Positions 39,565 to 51,410 of a stretch of DNA of 64,000 nt are shown here, one piece after another. This DNA is from Chrysomallon squamiferum (Eukaryota > Animalia > Mollusca): positions 28,272,001-28,336,000 of the forward strand of contig CM022671.1 of NCBI GenBank assembly GCA_012295275.1. The letters run 5' to 3'. The position numbers and the translations under genes were made by a program. The stretch's first letter is position 1; each line of letters opens with the position of its first letter. Below the pieces are notes generated by a model that saw nothing but the letters and a program-made list of their open reading frames with translations, ran no database searches and had not been told where the DNA came from.

Positions 39565-40074
39565 CTGAAAATTAAACAGATTAGAAAAAAAAAAAAAAAA
39601 TAAAAAAAAAAAAAAAAAATCAGATGAAATAAAATTTAAATTAGTTTTCTTAATGAACAATTTTGCCTGAAACAAAAGAGGAAAAAAAAAAAAAATTGAA
39701 AAAAATGAAATAACTATTTTAGAATACAGGTTATTTATGAACAGGGAGATAACTCTCATAAAATCCAATATCTAATGTTCATCTTAGGAAATTATGAAAG
39801 AATATAGTTTATTTATTATTATTTTTTTCACATTCTTAATGTATATTTTTGCACAAATAAATTTTAATATTTATAAAACCTGAATTCAAGAATGTTTTTA
39901 TGGAACAGCATTTGTTATTTCCAATTTTTTTTTTTTTAAATCCTTCTTTGTTACACCTTGTTTAGTGACTGATTTTTACACTGGTACTTGTATTTATGTA
40001 CAACTGCATTAATATTTAATGATAATACTGAGTGAAAAATTATAAAATTTTAACAGAGTAATTTTCACCAGTAC

Positions 40075-40124
40075 CTTCTTTTTAGAATTATCATTCCTAA
40101 AAATAAATTGGCAACAAGGGATCC
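40075..40124 (-). CDS. SLC35B4: SLC35B4 exon 4: GSLVANLFLGMIILKR
   Basis: 50 nt, poly-T-CAG| acceptor and |GTACTG donor; similar to human GSLIANMILGIIILKKR. Confidence 0.92.
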
Positions 40125-40461
40125 CTGAAAAAAAAAAAAAAATGTTTTGAATAATAAATAAGGAACACAATTTAAAAATTATAACAGACTACTCCTTTTT
40201 GGGATTTATTATTTTCTGTAAACTGGTTCTAATAACTTGTCTAATAAGTGAACAATTTAACTTCTAAATATGAACTAATCATTTTACATTTTATTATATG
40301 TTATGTTACTAGGATAACTTTAAAATCTCTGTAAAAAGAGAAATAATAATAAAAAAATATGGATAATGTTATTTTATTCATTACATTTTTTTTTTTTTAC
40401 CAGATAACAGATGGCTTAGAATTTTCTTTTAAAAAAGAAGAAAACATTTTTAGTTACTTAC

Positions 40462-40564
40462 AGAACGAAATATCATTTGCAGAGGCATTGAAATATTAAA
40501 ACTAAAAACAGCATTGGAGCCCACTTGAATTACAAAAAATAGCGTCACCATCCAGAGATAATAT
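40462..40564 (-). CDS. SLC35B4: SLC35B4 exon 3: YYLWMVTLFFVIQVGSNAVFSFNISMPLQMIFRS
   Basis: 103 nt, TTTTAG| acceptor and |GTAAGT donor; similar to human YYAIMVTMFF...NIAMPLHMIFRS. Confidence 0.93.
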
Positions 40565-41709
40565 CTAAAAAAGAAAATATATTTCTTAAATAATTTTTAT
40601 AATTTTTGTTTTGTTTTAAATGAAAAAATAAAGTAAAACAATTTAAAAAAAATTAAAGAATTAAAAATTAAATAACCACATTTAAAAACAAAACAGATAA
40701 ATTAAAAAGGAAATAGATAAAAAAGAAAACAGAACAAATTTGTATATATTTTACTTTCATTTTATCTGTTATTTAACACAATTTTTATCTGAAATTTTAA
40801 TTAATAGTTTACACTTATAATTCACTATTAACAATAACATTTAAATTTAAAAAATATTAATAGAAAATTCAATTAAAAACCCCACTATAATCTGCTATCT
40901 ATATTTTGCTATTTTATAAGAGCTTTTTAAATTTATATTAGACTCATACAGATGACCTCATCAAGACAGTTTATTTAAAAATTGTGCCTAGATGGGTTCA
41001 GACAAACAGTTAAAAAGGGTCAGCTACAAATATTAAAACACGGTTTGGATATCAAGAAAAAGGGAAGTTATTTAAAATTACAGATACTAAAATTGAAGAA
41101 TTAAACCTTTTTTATGTTTATATTTTTTAATTAATTAATTTATTTATTTATTATTATTACAGCTACAGACATATTTCTATTTTCATGCTGTTTTGAAGGT
41201 AACTGTTTAATTAAACTCATTATCATAATTTATACTGATTAGTTGTTTAAATCTTTTATCTCTTAGCATCGCTTATTTGATGTTTTTCAAATGTCACATT
41301 CAAAATGATATTAGTGCATGGTGCTTTGATCCATCTGGGGTAACCTGAATAAACCAGTTAAAAACTACATCTAATTATAAAAGACAGCAATATAAATAAA
41401 ATACTGAAATAATTCTAAGCTTTCTTATTCATTACACTGATTTTGGCTTCTCTAGCAAAAACTATCAAAACTTCAAAGGGTTATGGAAATTTTCATCCAG
41501 TAATCTTAAAATCTACTTGTAAATATTGTTGTTAAATGCAAGAATGCTTTTTGGAAGTGTTGTTCATTTGTTTCTTATTATATAGATATGAAACCTGTAT
41601 GAAAATTAAGCATGTAAATTTATGGTTAATTTTTATACGTCTTTCATATCTATATAACATGCAACAAATGAACAACAGTTCTGAAAAGCATTGATTCAAA
41701 AATAAATAC

Positions 41710-41824
41710 CTGATGGGTATTACTGGAGCTTTTGTTCCACATTTCAGTTGTAAAAATGAAACCTTCGACTGTTATAAGTAGAAACTGAGAAAATGTGATC
41801 AGATTACCACTTCCAGGAATTTCA
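41710..41824 (-). CDS. SLC35B4: SLC35B4 exon 2: EIPGSGNLITFSQFLLITVEGFIFTT / CGTKAPVIPI(R), with an apparent +1 frameshift near 41742-41747
   Basis: Poly-T-CAG| acceptor and |GTATTT donor. Length is 115 nt where 114 is needed to keep phase with exon 3; homology continues in the shifted frame. Confidence 0.88.
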
Positions 41825-41827
41825 CTG

Positions 41828-41859
<32 letters not shown>

Positions 41860-42716
41860 AAGAATTACAGATTCAGTGCATAACACAAAAAATGCTACAG
41901 CTTCTAGTATTCCCATAATTTTTAATGGAATCATAATTATCCACTGTGACCTTGTATAAGGTCATGTGATCAAATACTAACTTTTCATTGGATGTTTATT
42001 TTTATTCTAATTGAAGTACCTCAGTGGATTAAATGTTTATAATAATATCTATCTATCTATATTTAATTCATAGCTATTAGTTTTGCTAAAGTGGAATTTT
42101 AATCTCATTAAGTGAAGCTAATACCCAGTAAATTTGTTATAGTTATCATGCTTTTTAATGGAGTTGTGATAACTTAATGAACATCAATCTCAGCATTTGT
42201 TTCAATCAAACTTGAAACAATAGGCCAAAATTGAAGCAATTTTTAGACATAAAATTGAAATATTTCAAGTCAACACCAAATAAAAAGTTTTAAATTATTA
42301 AAATATGATATTGTTTTATTGTTTTTTCCATGCTCTTTCCACTGAACATGAAATCGTTTTAATTTTGGGACTTTTATAATTTGTCACATTCACATTGTTA
42401 TCATAGAATGTTATCACAGAAAATACATAATAACAGCATAAACACATTTATGTAAAATTGTTTATCTTTTGACATTATATTATATATATATAAAATTCTC
42501 AAAATGGATTTTAACTGCAATGATGTAATAATATATCAATTCTTTCAATTAAAATTTGATTGATGTTTTGCCTTTGGGAATACCCATTTAGGCATTTACC
42601 ATGATGACATTAATTGTGTAATATACGGTAACAAAAAAAAAAAAAAATAATAATAACATCGGTATGATAACCATTGCACACAGAATCAAAACAATCATTA
42701 AAAATGATAATCCTAC

Positions 42717-42793
42717 CTGATAATCAATTCCAGGAATACGACATTACTACAGCAAGCTAAAAATACCAAAGCGATCGCTATTGCTGGATTCAT
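42717..42793 (-). CDS. SLC35B4: SLC35B4 exon 1, start: MNPAIAIALVFLACCSNVVFLELII
   Basis: ATG at 42793, donor |GTAGGA, 77 nt; similar to human MRPALAVGLVFAGCCSNVIFLELLA. Confidence 0.94.
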
Positions 42794-42799
42794 TCTTTT

Positions 42800-43690
42800 T
42801 ATTTTAGTGTCACGTTTTGAGCTGAAAAGCTCTACTTTTTATGTAGACCTTTCATACAAGCCTGAACTGTCTTTAATTCTGAACCAACATTTAAATTGGA
42901 AATGGGGAAAAAACATGATGTTTGAAGAATGGAAATGTTTAAAAATCATATCAAGAATAACAAAGCAGACCATTCTACGAATAATACATTATAAACTAAT
43001 AACAATTACAGATAATTTTATATAGTATATAATGAGATCACTGTTTCAAACAAATCTATTTTCAGTGGATCCCTGATTTAATTACTTCTACAAGAAACGA
43101 ATGTCGTGTATCTCTACATTTTTATGTTTCAGTTATTTTGTCAACTAGTTTTTCTTCACTCTCTCTCTCTATTTTTAATAATTAAAAAAATATATAATTT
43201 AGTAAAATTATATCCATAAAAATTATAACCTTTCAATTGTTTCCTTAATCTTCTCTTAAGTAATTATGATAAAATAAATTATTTTAATAACATTCGCTTA
43301 ATACAGTAATAATCATCACAACCAAGATAAATAACACTTGTCAGTCCGCATTTTTAGATTCGTGTTAGTTTAAAGCAGTATTTGTATTTGAGTTTAATGT
43401 CATGATTTCGTAGTTTTCCCGGTGAGTCCTAGAGGGCAGCTTTGACTTCCGCATATCACTCACGAAAAATAATATTTGATCGTCACTTTTTTTTTTTTTT
43501 TGGTTGAACTAATCATCAGTTTCATACTAATTTTGTTTACCTCATATTTTGCATACAATCCATTTATGTTGATGTAATGGATTAATTATTTAGAACTTTG
43601 AAAAGTTAAGTTTATTACACTGAGGAAGACAGCGCACCTACTCTGTTCAACTACAGCTGGTGATGTTCCGCTTACAGCTGGTGATTTCGG
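42800..43690. promoter_or_regulatory. Putative divergent promoter region shared by SLC35B4 (-) and the PCTAIRE kinase (+), including a probable non-coding first exon ending at donor 43690|GTAAGA
   Basis: Head-to-head gene orientation; locally more CpGs than the CpG-poor background; plus-strand donors CG|GTGAGT (43421) and GG|GTAAGA (43690); CTCF-like CTAGAGGGCAGC and ETS-like ACTTCCG at 43426-43451. Confidence 0.5.
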
Positions 43691-43981
43691 GTAAGAAATA
43701 AAATATATTTTAACAAAGAAAACTCTATTATTCAATGACAGACATATTTTCTTAAATGACATTCTTTTTATTAAATACTTTAATTAGTTTTTAAGTTGAT
43801 ATTTTGGAAGAAAGGTGTTTAAGTAATTTTTAATAATTAAACACAAAACAATTATTCTTGAAGTGATGAATGGACAATGAAGTCCACATTATCATGATTA
43901 TGATTATATTTAAGTTTTTCTTATAATTATAATTTTCACATAACTAAATATTATTGGTAGATATTTACAGAGGTTTGGCCA

Positions 43982-44021
<40 letters not shown>

Positions 44022-45153
44022 TTAAATGGTTATCTCTGTTATTTATTGCTTTATATTTCACAGTAAAAATCAAACAAATATTAATCCAAATATTTCTAGC
44101 TTAGATTGGATTTTGACGGAATAAAAATGTTTTAGGAGAGATTAATCAATAATACATTTCAAAAATATGTAAATAAAATATAAATATGATTAAGCAGAAG
44201 CAGGAAAAAATATGTTTCAGTTCGCATCAACTGGCAACTAATAAACATAAAATAATTAAGCATAACATAAAAAGAAAATGTCATTGAGATATTTATTTTG
44301 TCAAATATTTAGAAATAATAATTTATAAATTAAACATCTCACTCTTAGTGGTTTGTGCTTTTTTTTATTTGCTCTCTCTCTAAATATATATATTATAAAA
44401 ATTAACAATGCTTTGATTTTATTAAATGTAAACAAAATTAAATACATTTATTCCTGTTAATCTTATATTGTTTCTTATGACATAATACTACTAGCTGTTA
44501 ACTGTATTAGGCATTCATATTTGGTAGCATTTAATAATTTAAAAAAAGCTAAAAGAAACCATAATAAATAGTAAGAAACACAACAAATTCAAATTATATA
44601 TTTTTCAGTAAAATGAAATGTATAAAGTTATTATTTAAGCAACTTTATCTTTCCTTATATTTTATATTCCTTATGTGTATATTTTTAAACATATTTAATT
44701 TGAAAATAGGCATATTAAAGAAATAATATTAAAGCTCCACTCATCAAAACCCAACATCTTTATTACAAGAAATTTGTATATAGACTAATGTGCATTAATT
44801 GTTGAAAATATAAAAATCTTAATTAGCATTAAGAATTCAGATGTGGCTTATCTGTATATTGCAAAAAAAAAAAAAAAGAAGTAATAAATTGATATATATA
44901 GTATGTTATGTTCATTTTATTATCTAGGCAAGATAAATTTGCCTTGGTCTTTTTCTTGACACTCAACAGATTTTCAAATTTCATTAAATCACGTTTAATA
45001 AATGACTAGTTTGCAATTAATTAATCCATATGAGATACTGATATGTAAATAAAAAAAACATTTCTGTATGTTTATTTCCCTGTTGGCCGATCAAGTTATT
45101 TATTTTATTTTATTTATAAATATACACAAAACACTTTAAAAGCCTGAGTCATT

Positions 45154-45184
<31 letters not shown>

Positions 45185-48100
45185 CCAGTATAAGGAATTG
45201 GAACAAACGTGCATAGTATTTTTTAGGTTAAATTCAAAAACAATATTTCGATATTTGTACATACATTTAATCAACCAAATATTTGCCATTTTGTCCACCT
45301 TTCAGAATATATATATATATATGTCATATATTTTAGTAAGATTTGAAATGAAATTATATGCTCAAATGCCTTTGAAAAAATACTGTAAAGTTTTGTTTTC
45401 AACCCAGTATTTTGTTAATTTTTGCATCTCTCATATAAATTAAACTGATTTTGAAAAAATTATGTTGTTAAAAATTATATTATTTCTTATTGAATTAAAT
45501 CGTCTATCCCACAACAGCAACATCAAAATTACCAGAGCTGAAAACTTTCACATTTATATTACAATTTGTACTAAGGGATTACAATAAATAAATAAATAAA
45601 TAAATAAATAAAATAATAGTAATAAAAAAAATACTATAAAAGTTTTGTGTATGTCATAAAGGTCACAAAGATAAGCATTTACACAAGTTTTAATTTGCAG
45701 TCTCTGATATCCGATAGAGGCATAAGCTACTGAAAATATTTTAATGAAGGATTTAACATCATTTCTTTGAAATTTATTGTTTTTGTCACATCACAAAATG
45801 GATTTAAAAAACTACAAATATTCACATATACCATTTGTTGAATAATTTTTGTTTTTAATGTAATATTTGTTAAACAATTTTATTATAACTGGGTTTATTC
45901 TTTCTTTTTTTCCCTGTCAGCATAAATCCAGGTTTATATTGTATTTTTATTTTTTTAAGTAAGTAAATGAATATGAGAAGATAGATTACACAGACCTGTA
46001 GGAGTACAAGTGTAATATTTGCTTTATCACTTTTATAGAAGTAAAATTCATAGCAATATTTTATTATTATTATTATTTTTTTATTTGGTTCTGTTAATTA
46101 TTTTCTATTATATAATAATAGATGACTTATCTACATAAAAACATATTTTACTTTAAAAAAATTAAAAAACTAATTTGTAAATCCTTTCTTATGAAAAACC
46201 CCACATAATTTTCCCTAAGAATAACATAAATATTTGGCACAGCTATGACACCATCTGATTTCTGTGTTGTAACTTTTATTTGTTCTGTTGCCACCTGTTT
46301 ACATGTTACTCCTCACCTGTCAGTAATTACCTGTTGTATATTCTGATGACTTAACATTTATCTTTTATTATAATGTATTTATCACAACAGCTAGGTTCTG
46401 GATAAAAGCTATCAACAGCGTATTGAACATGGACATTTGCTATTATTAATAATTTGATATTTTCTGGGACCATCATCTATGATAATAAATTAAAAAAAAA
46501 AAATTCAAGATCACCAGTACATCTCTGAAATCATATTAAGACCTCTGAAATTGAACTGTGCTAGGTTCAAACAGCAATCATAAATAATTCCTTAAATACT
46601 TAATAACATCACATTGACTTTTTTCTTCTGTCAAGGTGAGAGAGAAAACAAACAACAGATAAACTCAGAATTGCTTTGTTGTTGTTTTTTGTTATTGTTA
46701 TTTTTATTGTTTCTTTAAAGATGGATATAGAAATTTAAAAAAATTGCTGTTGGAAATTGACAGTTAAATGATAGGAGTAAAGAGTTTGTTGTGATTATAT
46801 TACAGAATTTCCTTTGAAGATAGGTTATGTTATACTTTACAATAAAAACAAAATAAAAAATGTTATGAAATTCAAAAAATAAAATAATACAAAATAAAAT
46901 AAAAAAATACATAAAAAAATAAAAAGCTCTGTAAATAAAGACAACTGACATGTCACTGTAACCACTGACACAGATTTTAAATTATCTTTCTTCGAAATGG
47001 GAGGAGACTGATTACTTCCATTAATAATATGTAAGAGTTTTATGTATCAGCAAAATGGAATGATACTACTAATTACCAAGTAGTTAATAATGTAAATTAA
47101 ATTACTTAAACTGACTGTTGTAATATGGACATTCATATGATTATTTTTTTTTTTCTTGTCTGAACAAGTTACCATTATTCTGTGGTGTAGAAGATGGTAA
47201 TATGATGATTTAACAAACATGTCTTTTTAAAATTTCAATGTGTAATGAAATTTTATTAAGGAATTATTAAACTGTGAGGCATTAATTAAAAAAAAAAAAC
47301 CAATTGGTGACTCTGAAAAAAGTGTTGTTGTGACAGAATTATTTAGCAATGACCATATTGTAAATGACTTGAAAGGATCTGAGCACTGAGAAGAAAGTCT
47401 TACTTCACAAAGGTTAGTTATATTTATATACACTGCTAATCTGAGTCAAACAATTTATTGGTTTGTTTTTTGGGGAAGAAAAAAAAAGCACTTGTTAAAG
47501 TAGACTTGCTGTTTAATGTTACAGAAGGTGGAGCAGTTTGATCTTCATTTTATCTCTTTGATTTCATGGCTGAAAGAGTTACTTGTCTCATACAAAAATA
47601 ATGTTTATTTATCATAATCGTAAAGTGTTTTTTTGTCGATTTGAAACATCAGCTTGTTACCTTTTATGAATAAAACCTCATTGTAGGTTAATAATGTACA
47701 TTCATTAACTGTTTTGTCGTAGACCTGCGATATTCTTTGTGATTTATGATGCAGATTAAAACAGTTACCTAGTTTATGGGAGATAACTTCCTTGTTAGTA
47801 AGTGTAATTTAGAGATCACAAGGCTAGGATGGTCTTTGAAAGAATCACATAAAAATACACTGAAAGACAAATTTTGAATTAGTTTGTGATAACCACAAGT
47901 TATACATTATCCACATGAAAACTGTGCTCTGTTTATAGAGCTATCTATAGCCCTGCATACTTGCTGCTTTATAAGAGGAAGTAATTAAAATTTGTAATGT
48001 CATAACTATATATTTATATTCCAATCGTAAATATTCATTTAATTAGTGTAGATTATTTTGACATTGTACATTTGAAAAGAGATACTAAATATTTTATCAT

Positions 48101-48533
48101 GAGGGTTTGGCTGAAGTTTGCTTTTGTGTTTGCCCATCATACTTTTAAGTGGACACTTTTGGTATTTCCTTTTAAAGAGAGTTCATAACCCAAACATGAA
48201 CACGTGTACCATGTGCACTGAAACTCACAGGATGATTAATCATTAAGGAAAACCACATGTTACATTGTTAGAAACATTTTAACAAACCCCGTTACATAAT
48301 TATATATTCCAGAACTGGATAATCTATATTAGTCATGTAGCTATCATGTACGTCCGTACCAAGACTTATTCTTGTTTTAAATTTGTAATTTATATATAAA
48401 ATGAAGCTTTGTTTTAATAAAAAAAATTATCTATGTTGATGAAATTATAAATTTAACTACGATGTTGTAAAACCTCATTTTTAAAAATACAATTTTCATC
48501 ACTTATGTGATATTTTTGGCTGATGTAAAAACT

Positions 48534-48573
<40 letters not shown>

Positions 48574-50891
48574 CAATAATACCATATTATTAATACTGTT
48601 CTTTTCATTTGCTAGTTTGCCATCTTGTGCATACATACTAGGTAACCTACTATTAAAAAATGGAATGTTTATCCTTTTTTTTTTTACACACCCTAGTTTG
48701 AGGAAATGTCAGAGAATGTCTTAATTGTGATAATTATTCATTAATATTTATTTACAGTACTATTCTATGTGTTTTAATTAATATAAAATATAATGAATAT
48801 TATTTTAGGAGAAAATTTGAAAGATTAATACCAATATATATATATGTATATACACACACACATACATACACATATACATATAGTGTTTTGTCTAAAAATT
48901 CATCATATAATGATATATTCTGTGCTTCTTCTATTGATAATGTGTGTACATTTTTCATTGAAACTCCTTGATAAATTCATTCATATGATATATGAAATAG
49001 CCGACAGAGATTTCTGTATTATTATCAGAATAGCTTGTTAGAGAAAAAAGATTCTTGGGAATGTTTTTTTTTTTTTAGAAAATATTGTATAATTGTTTTT
49101 GTTGTTAATATTGTTATCTGATAGTAAAAATAAAATAACAGTTTATAACCAAATACATAACTTGAGTACATTATTTGATTAATTTATTAATTTCTTGTCT
49201 TTATGACAAAAGCGCCTTCAAGGTAATGATGCAAACAAATGTCAACATTTAAAAATAAATTTAAATAACAAATATGAGAAGTTAATGTATATATAGAAAC
49301 AGATACATATAGATATAGATACATTTATATATATATATATATTAAAAGGAAATAAAGCTGTTTTAGATTTATGATTTAAACAGATAATGTTTATCAGAGA
49401 AGACTAAAATCAAAATTGTTATTGTTGTTGTTATTATATCAAGTATTGAATAACATTGCCACAAGAATACATTTTTATTTTTTATTTTTTATTTGAAAGA
49501 TTGTTTTACCTTGACATTAAAGCTAATAGTATTAAAATAAATCTTTAAAAATAAATCTTTAAAAAGGAAAGAACAGAAAATTAAAAATAGAAAAGAAATG
49601 GACTTTGTTTTTGGTAATGATCAATATCCGTCGAAAAGCAGACAATATTTAGCTGGCAGAAATATGCCTGTAGTATTGCGGATCATTATATGGTATATTT
49701 AAAGGTCAGAGCCACTTTGAAGTGAATAACAAGATGTTTCAGCACATTTGGCACTGCCTTCTGGCTACCCTTATGGTCAGCATTGTTATTAATGGCATTC
49801 TCTACATATTCTTTCAAAACTAATGCTGGTAATACAGCTCCAAGGACCTTTTCTGCAAATCAGATCTAGGTTGATCATGAAATTGTTCATATTTTCATAT
49901 TCAGCCTGGGAAGTAATTGCTCGGCACCAAGATCATTCAGTTTAAAATATGCAACTTCAGTGGGAGAGGGTTTCCGGATTATTCCCCCCAAGGACTTTGC
50001 GCCTAATTTGTTATCTTTATAAGGATTAATCGTTAGTTCTAATAAGCAAACATGACTTGGGACTGTTCTGTTGTACCACGTGTAGTTTTTGGTAATTTAT
50101 GTATATATTCCCGTTACTCTCTACAAGTACAAGGTAGAGTAAACTCGATATTTATACTAATGGTTATGGATTGCCAGTGAAAGATTTATATATAACATGC
50201 TTATCTGTAGATTTATTTTTATTGTTTTTGTTTAAGATTTGAATAAAGAAAAAAGAATTAAAAAAACGTTAAAAATCTAGATTTTGCTTAAAATGTTGGT
50301 GTGTATTTTTGTATTTTGTAATATTGTTACTACCACCGATAATAAATAATAATGATTTGGGAAGATTAAATATATTTTCACAAACAGGCATTAATTTCTT
50401 AAAATTATTATAAATGTATTCTTATTTGTTTTAAATAGTTGACAAAGTACAGATTTTAAAATTTAATGTGATTTTATAGTTCTTTTCAATACCAGTGTCA
50501 AATAATTTATTTAAAAAAAAAGAATGTTTTTAAATTTTATTATGTAATTAAATATTTAAACATTAAATATTTAAAAAAAAAAAAATAATAATAATAATTA
50601 TTTTTAAATGTATTTGTATTATTTGGATGAGTCATTTATATCTTTAGGTTCAGAAATAATATTATCTGACTAAAGTATTAAAACTAATAAAAGTGTCCAG
50701 TTTTTATTTTTTTTCTGTTACTGATGACAACGGCAGATGGGCAACAAAGCTTTTAATTGGATTAGAGTGGCCAAAATGTGTAAAGGTGCGTTTCAGATCC
50801 ATTTCTGTTTTCATTGCAGGCTGATGGAACACACTCTGCAGCCACACTGACACCACGCTGGTGGCAAAGGAGACTACAGCAGCTCCATAAA

Positions 50892-51021
50892 ATGATGAAA
50901 AAAATCAAACGTCGGCTTTCTCAGACAATTCGCGGAGGTCGGACAATAGATGAAAGTCTTTCAGAATTGTCAGAACAACTGACAATTGACGATTCTAACT
51001 ACTTCTCAGTGAAAGAAAATG
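50892..51021 (+). CDS. CDK17: PCTAIRE kinase (CDK16/17/18 family) first coding exon: MMKKIKRRLSQTIRGGRTIDESLSELSEQLTIDDSNYFSVKEN; the exon starts at acceptor 50820 and the kinase domain is outside the window
   Basis: Close to recalled human CDK17 MKKFKRRLSLTLRGSQTIDESLSELAEQMTIEE and CDK16 MKKIKRQLSMTLRGGR. Acceptor TTGCAG| at 50819, phase-1 donor G|GTAAAG at 51021; RRLS PKA-type site. Confidence 0.9.
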
Positions 51022-51379
51022 GTAAAGCACACTTGTTTTGTATTGTTTATAAACATAGTTAATGTGCATAGATATCTTCATACATAAAAAAAATCCATGC
51101 ATCTGTGAATACATACAATGATACATAAACATGTAAATACAGGCATACTTAACTACCTACCTTCATACACACATTCCTTCATATATATTTACACACAGAA
51201 GCATAGACACACATACACATACACACACACATACACACACATACATACATACACATGAAAAAATAATACACACAAATACAGATACTTAGCATTTTAATTT
51301 TATTTATATTGTGGGATTAAGATGTACTTTTTTCAGGATTAACCATTATAAAATCCGTCATATTTGTATACACATACAT

Positions 51380-51410
<31 letters not shown>

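Noticed and set aside
36998-42793. Calling SLC35B4 a pseudogene
   Set aside because: Only one lesion; all splice sites, the U12 signals and the C-terminal motif are intact, so an error or very recent allele is more likely.
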